DNA of 64,000 bases from Ramazzottius varieornatus. Its lineage: Eukaryota > Animalia > Tardigrada. The position numbers were made by a program, and so were the translations under genes. The notes under the pieces were generated by a model. It was not told where the DNA came from. It worked only from the letters and a program-made list of their open reading frames with translations, and did not search any database. The stretch is from contig BDGG01000011.1 in NCBI GenBank assembly GCA_001949185.1, forward strand, positions 1,474,597 to 1,538,596. The letters are read 5' to 3'. Below are positions 59,701 through 64,000 of this stretch, in pieces. Position 1 is the first letter of the stretch, and every line of letters starts with the position of its first letter.

Positions 59701-62476
59701 GGGCGTCGAGATGACGCTAGAACAGAAGCGTCAGTGGCGAGCCGATGAAGTCAGCATTCGCAAGTACGTCCTGCAGAAGATGATCGGCATTCCTCCACCC
59801 AGTCAGTTTCAACAGCCTCCACAGCCCGCCGAACGCCAAGCTTGTTCACCTTCTCTCCGCAATAATCGCGACCGACGGTACCATTCCGACGACCGAAGAC
59901 CGGATAGGTACCGTGATCAAGACAGAAGCAGCTACAACCAGAACAACCGACACCGTGGCAGATCGTCTTCGGCCCACCGTGGTCGACAAGACCGAGAAGA
60001 ACAGCACGACCGTCGAGGAAGGTCCCCAGAACGGCAAGATGAGAGGCAGGAGAGGTCACGAGAGTGGCAAGATGGCAGACTTGAAGGGCCACGAGATGAT
60101 CGTCGGCGTATTATGGATAGGGAAGACGTTCGACAAGTACAGCCACGGATCATTCAATCAAACAGCAGCGGAGAGGATTCGGGTGTGGAAAGCCAAAGGA
60201 ACTCACCGGAAGATGAGCATCAGACTAGTCAGGACGACTACATGCCGGCTGTGCACAATTACCTGGAAGGTGACGCTAACATGTACGATGTCAGCGTGGG
60301 TCAGTACGGGCAGGGATATACAGAGCCTGAGCAAGTCGGTAGGGAGCAAGAGAAGGCAGGTGTGATGGACTTTCTTCAGGAACCCGAAGTGGTGCATATG
60401 CATGAGAACTCGGACGTCGAGATGGTCGGTGAACTGACTTCGTCGGCTTCGCAGCAGCTGATCGTGACGGTGGACAACGGTCCGAGAGAGAACGACAGTC
60501 AAATCAACGGTACGACATTTTGGGAGGCCGGCAAACAATCTTGGAATTATTATTATCCCAAGCGGCGCACGCTTAGTCGATAACATGGAAAACTGCGCCA
60601 CTTGATGACAACCATTCCGAAATAGTTCGCCAGCCTCCCATTTCTTTTGTGAATTTTTGAGTGAAGGGAAGTGTAACGGTACGAGATAATTCTTTCACAC
60701 GTCGATCTGATTTTGGAAGGACGAAAGGACAGCCCCTCGCAATTCAGCCGGTTCTTCGTTCCCCGGAAGAATACCGAAATTCTCCATAGTCAACCGACTA
60801 CTACGGTCGCGCCGCAAGGAGAGAAGAGACGAAGTCTGGAAGCCTTCGGAACTTCAGGTAAAATTTTCTTCTGTTCTGAAAAATATGCAATATTGCTAAT
60901 CGGTAGCCTTAAATCAAAGTCTGAACAAGAAGTAATTTTAAGGCCGGTTCATATTGTTTTCGACAGAAAACGGACGACCGGCCAAGCAGATGCTTTCCCC
61001 ACCACAGCCAGTAGGTGGCGCATCAGCACCTGCAGAGAGATTCCACCCTCGACCCAGCGGGATGAAGTACGGCCAAGCACAGCCAAGCGGATCTGGAATT
61101 TTCGGGAAGAGACGCCTACAGGGTCCTGGCCGGCAAGACCCAGCACGACAGTTGAGCCCGTCGGGGGAGAGGTCGGCCAATCCTCCAGGAACCACGTAAG
61201 ATTCATGGATCCACACCCACAAACAAGCAATCGAACTGTCCTGTCACCGACAGCGCTTTTCTGTGTGGCGCACGTTTCAGCTTTATTGCCTTAGAACGTG
61301 CGCCACTTGGACCAGCAGTCCCATCGAGTTGTCTTTGTGGGCGGCGCACGTTGTCGATCGACTTAGCTGGCAACGTGCGCCACTTGGGAAAATGATCTGG
61401 GCAAATTTATTTGCCAACGTTGCCCATTACTTTTGTATTGCTCTATTTACAGCCTGTACGTCATCGAGCAACGAAGAGGTTCAAGCGACCCAGACCTAGC
61501 CAACCTCTTCAGCCAGTTCGGCAAGGTCCAGTACGTCTACAGTCGCCCATCAGGGTGGCACCACAACACCGACTTCGCTTATGTCATTTTCGGCCATGCT
61601 GCCGATGCCTCTAAGGCTTTACAATATATCCAAACGAAGGAGCTGATGCTCAATGGTCGATCGCTGTTGCTGGCTCCTGATGACAACAAGGAGGCCAAAG
61701 TGCTAGACATCGCTTGCTCAAATCACCATCAAGGCATTCTTTCGGAATAGTCTATTCACCCTTGTTTGTCGTTACAGAACATTTTGTACAACAGCCCGAA
61801 CGTTCGAGGGAGGTTCGACGTCTGTCTGCGAGGACTTCCGCTTTCCGTCGGTGTCAAATATCTGATGGATTACCTGACTGCGCGTGTCAGCCAGGATATT
61901 TGCAACGAGGTGAGTACACCGCGAATAATATAGCAGGTCGGCAAACGAACATACAGTGCCTGATCGTTATTCCAACTGGCGCACGTTCCATTGATGTTTG
62001 TTGGAAGCGTGCGCCACTCGGAGGAACGATCATGTCGCGTTGTTCTCCCCAGTGACGCTTGTCTCCGGTGCTGCTGTCTGGAACGCGCGCCACTTGAAGT
62101 GAAATCCATAGTAAGGTGGTCGCTTTGCTTGCGGAATACCGATGCCTGTTTCTCCTTGCAGCTGGATGACGTCTGTGTTCAGAAAGGCAAGGGTTACGCC
62201 CTGTTGTCATTCAAGGAAGCTTGGCGCGCAGAGAACTTTCTCAAGACGTTCGAGAAGAAGTCTTTGGTGCTGGATGAAGGCGTTCAGGTAAATTAGACTG
62301 TTATTTTCTCGAGAAACAGTGTTGTTTTATTGAGGTACTTGACGCAAAATGTTCATGTTTTGCAGGCTCAGGTTATCATCGCACGTCTCTCACTGCGATT
62401 CGATCCGCTTCGACCAAAGCCTTCTCTTTACCCATTGCCACCTGCAATGTCCGCTCCTGAAAGCTTCCTGTCGTGA
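56766..62476 (+). CDS. Uncharacterised RNA-binding protein: divergent DZF-like domain + Arg/Asp-rich region + two RRMs
   Basis: In-frame GT-AG exon chain approx 56766-56837, 56993-57297, 57389-57521, 57631-57750, 57825-58103, 58412-58681, 58748-58846, 59054-59299, 59654-60509, 60720-60857, 60967-61195, 61453-61699, 61778-61909, 62162-62287, 62366-62476. RRM motifs TLYV...LANLFSQFGKV...FAYVIF and VCLRGLP...KGYALLSF. DZF resemblance judged by eye. Confidence 0.75.
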
Positions 62477-63267
62477 TGCAATGTCAGTCTGACATTGTAT
62501 GACGACATTGCTTTGTTTGTTGTACGGTATACCATTGCGGCATTGTCCATTGATATGTATGTTGAGATCTAATTCATCCTGCTTTTATATAAGATGAGTG
62601 AGCTTTTTGCCAGTGTTATTTTGATCATTATAATAGGAAATCGATTTTAGTAATAAAAATCGTTTTAATTGTGCGGGTTGGTGTTCGCTTGATTGATTGA
62701 TCCATAATAGGAAATCGAATTTTGATTTTAATAATTGAAATTCGTCAGCGATAATTGATTTTACTTGCAGTCAGCTGATCACGTAGACTTAACATTAACA
62801 CGTGACTTTTAATAATTTTAATTGCATAGTAAAATAACACTGCTTTTTGCACTATTTGCAGCGCAAAAGTTCTAGTAGTTCCCTCGTTTATTCAATTAAT
62901 ATGTTGATGAAGCCTTTTACGTAGCTACGTAAAAGTATCGGGATGGAAAACACAAGATCAGGCGGTTGATTGATTGCATTATGCGAATTTCGAGGCGGAG
63001 CAGAGGCGGCTGGAGGTATCAGAAACGTCCGCAATCTGACCTTTTTTCCTACAAAGTTGCTCGGCAGGTCTGGGCTCGGCACAACCTTCACTGATAACCC
63101 AACGAAAATTTCGTAGAATAAGGGCCGAATTGCGGACTTTTTGAAACTCCTCCAGCCGCTTCTGAGGCGGAGCGAATATTTTGTACGTCATCGACCATAA
63201 GTGATAGAACCAGCAACTGAATAATCCCGTTCTGTCGGACTGTCATGGGCAAGCTATTACAGCGGGC

Positions 63268-63855
63268 TAAGGCTGTAAATTCCTAATTCCATTCCTTTCC
63301 AAATTCCGTTCCATTCCTGGAATTCCGTTCCGTTCCGAGGGGCAGCCGTTTGGAACGGTGGAATTTCTATTTGGAAAACTAGCAAAAATCGGAGAAAATC
63401 TAGGAATGCAAAGAGGTAAACAGTCGAAGATCCAGCAGATCCTGTCGAAAAACTGAACCCGATGCTGGCTCACACATGCGTATTACTGAGGCTAATTGGT
63501 TGTTCAGTTGAACGAAGAATAGCATTTTCGATCCGTCGCACTAAAGTATGCGGCGCATTCAGCTGTCCGTAAGTCTTTGATTTTCCCTTGGACTTTCAGG
63601 TCCGACAAGACCCAAAGTTCGGATCGGTGAATCTTCAGCTGGCTTTCAGTCTCAAAACCAATATTTGTTGATGACTTCAGATCATATTTACTGTTTTAGA
63701 TGGGTATGTAAAAAGAACTAAACTGGCAAATGGGACTTTGGAATTCGGGATTTTCGCGAGGACCTTCTGGAGAAGGAAATAGGAATATAGTAATATCAGG
63801 AATTCCTTTCTTATTTTCCATTCCGAAGGCATGCGGCCTGGAATTTACAACCTTA
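63268..63855. mobile_element. hAT-type MITE, 588 bp
   Basis: TIRs TAAGGCTGTAAATTCC / GGAATTTACAACCTTA. 8-bp TSD CAGCGGGC (63260-63267 and 63856-63863). Subterminal ATTCC/GGAAT repeats. Confidence 0.85.
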
Positions 63856-64000
63856 CAGCGGGCGACATTTTCCGAAAGCTCCAGAGCTCTGAAGTGTCTG
63901 TGCGGATCTGAGTACTTCTGCCAACGATGATTCGTTAAATTCCATATTATAACTTGATTCGCCGATCTTCAGCGTGCTTACTGACAGGTGTCATTCACCT

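Noticed and set aside
1-64000. Prokaryotic operon, horizontally transferred bacterial genes, tRNA or rRNA genes
   Set aside because: All recognisable host genes are metazoan-type and nearly all contain introns; no structured RNA gene could be recognised by eye.

Overview
Eukaryotic (animal) genomic DNA with compact genes and mostly 60-110 nt GT-AG introns. This architecture suggests a small invertebrate genome such as a tardigrade, but that is inference only. The left half (6-32 kb) is gene dense. It holds three head-to-head housekeeping pairs (GCP3/CSN5, DXO/SmD1, Spt3-like/SRSF1-like), a candidate neuropeptide precursor, phospholipase C-gamma and an astacin protease. The 32.7-56.6 kb segment is transposon-rich: a decayed DD85E (Sailor-type) Tc1/IS630 element, a CRE-like LINE end, a pogo element nested in a hAT element, an RLE-type LINE and several MITEs. 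It also contains an intact F-box gene, whose decayed inverted paralog lies at 1.4-2.4 kb, and an Ig-domain pseudogene split by a MITE with a 4-bp TSD. Two observations stand out. (1) An intact multi-exon gene at 56.8-62.5 kb appears to join a very divergent DZF (inactive nucleotidyltransferase-fold) domain to an Arg/Asp-rich region and two RRMs. (2) A dispersed bipartite palindrome GTGGCGCAC-N25-GTGCGCCAC occurs at about 20 loci, mostly in introns, with near-invariant spacing despite a diverged spacer. All exon boundaries were read by eye and need RNA-seq confirmation.
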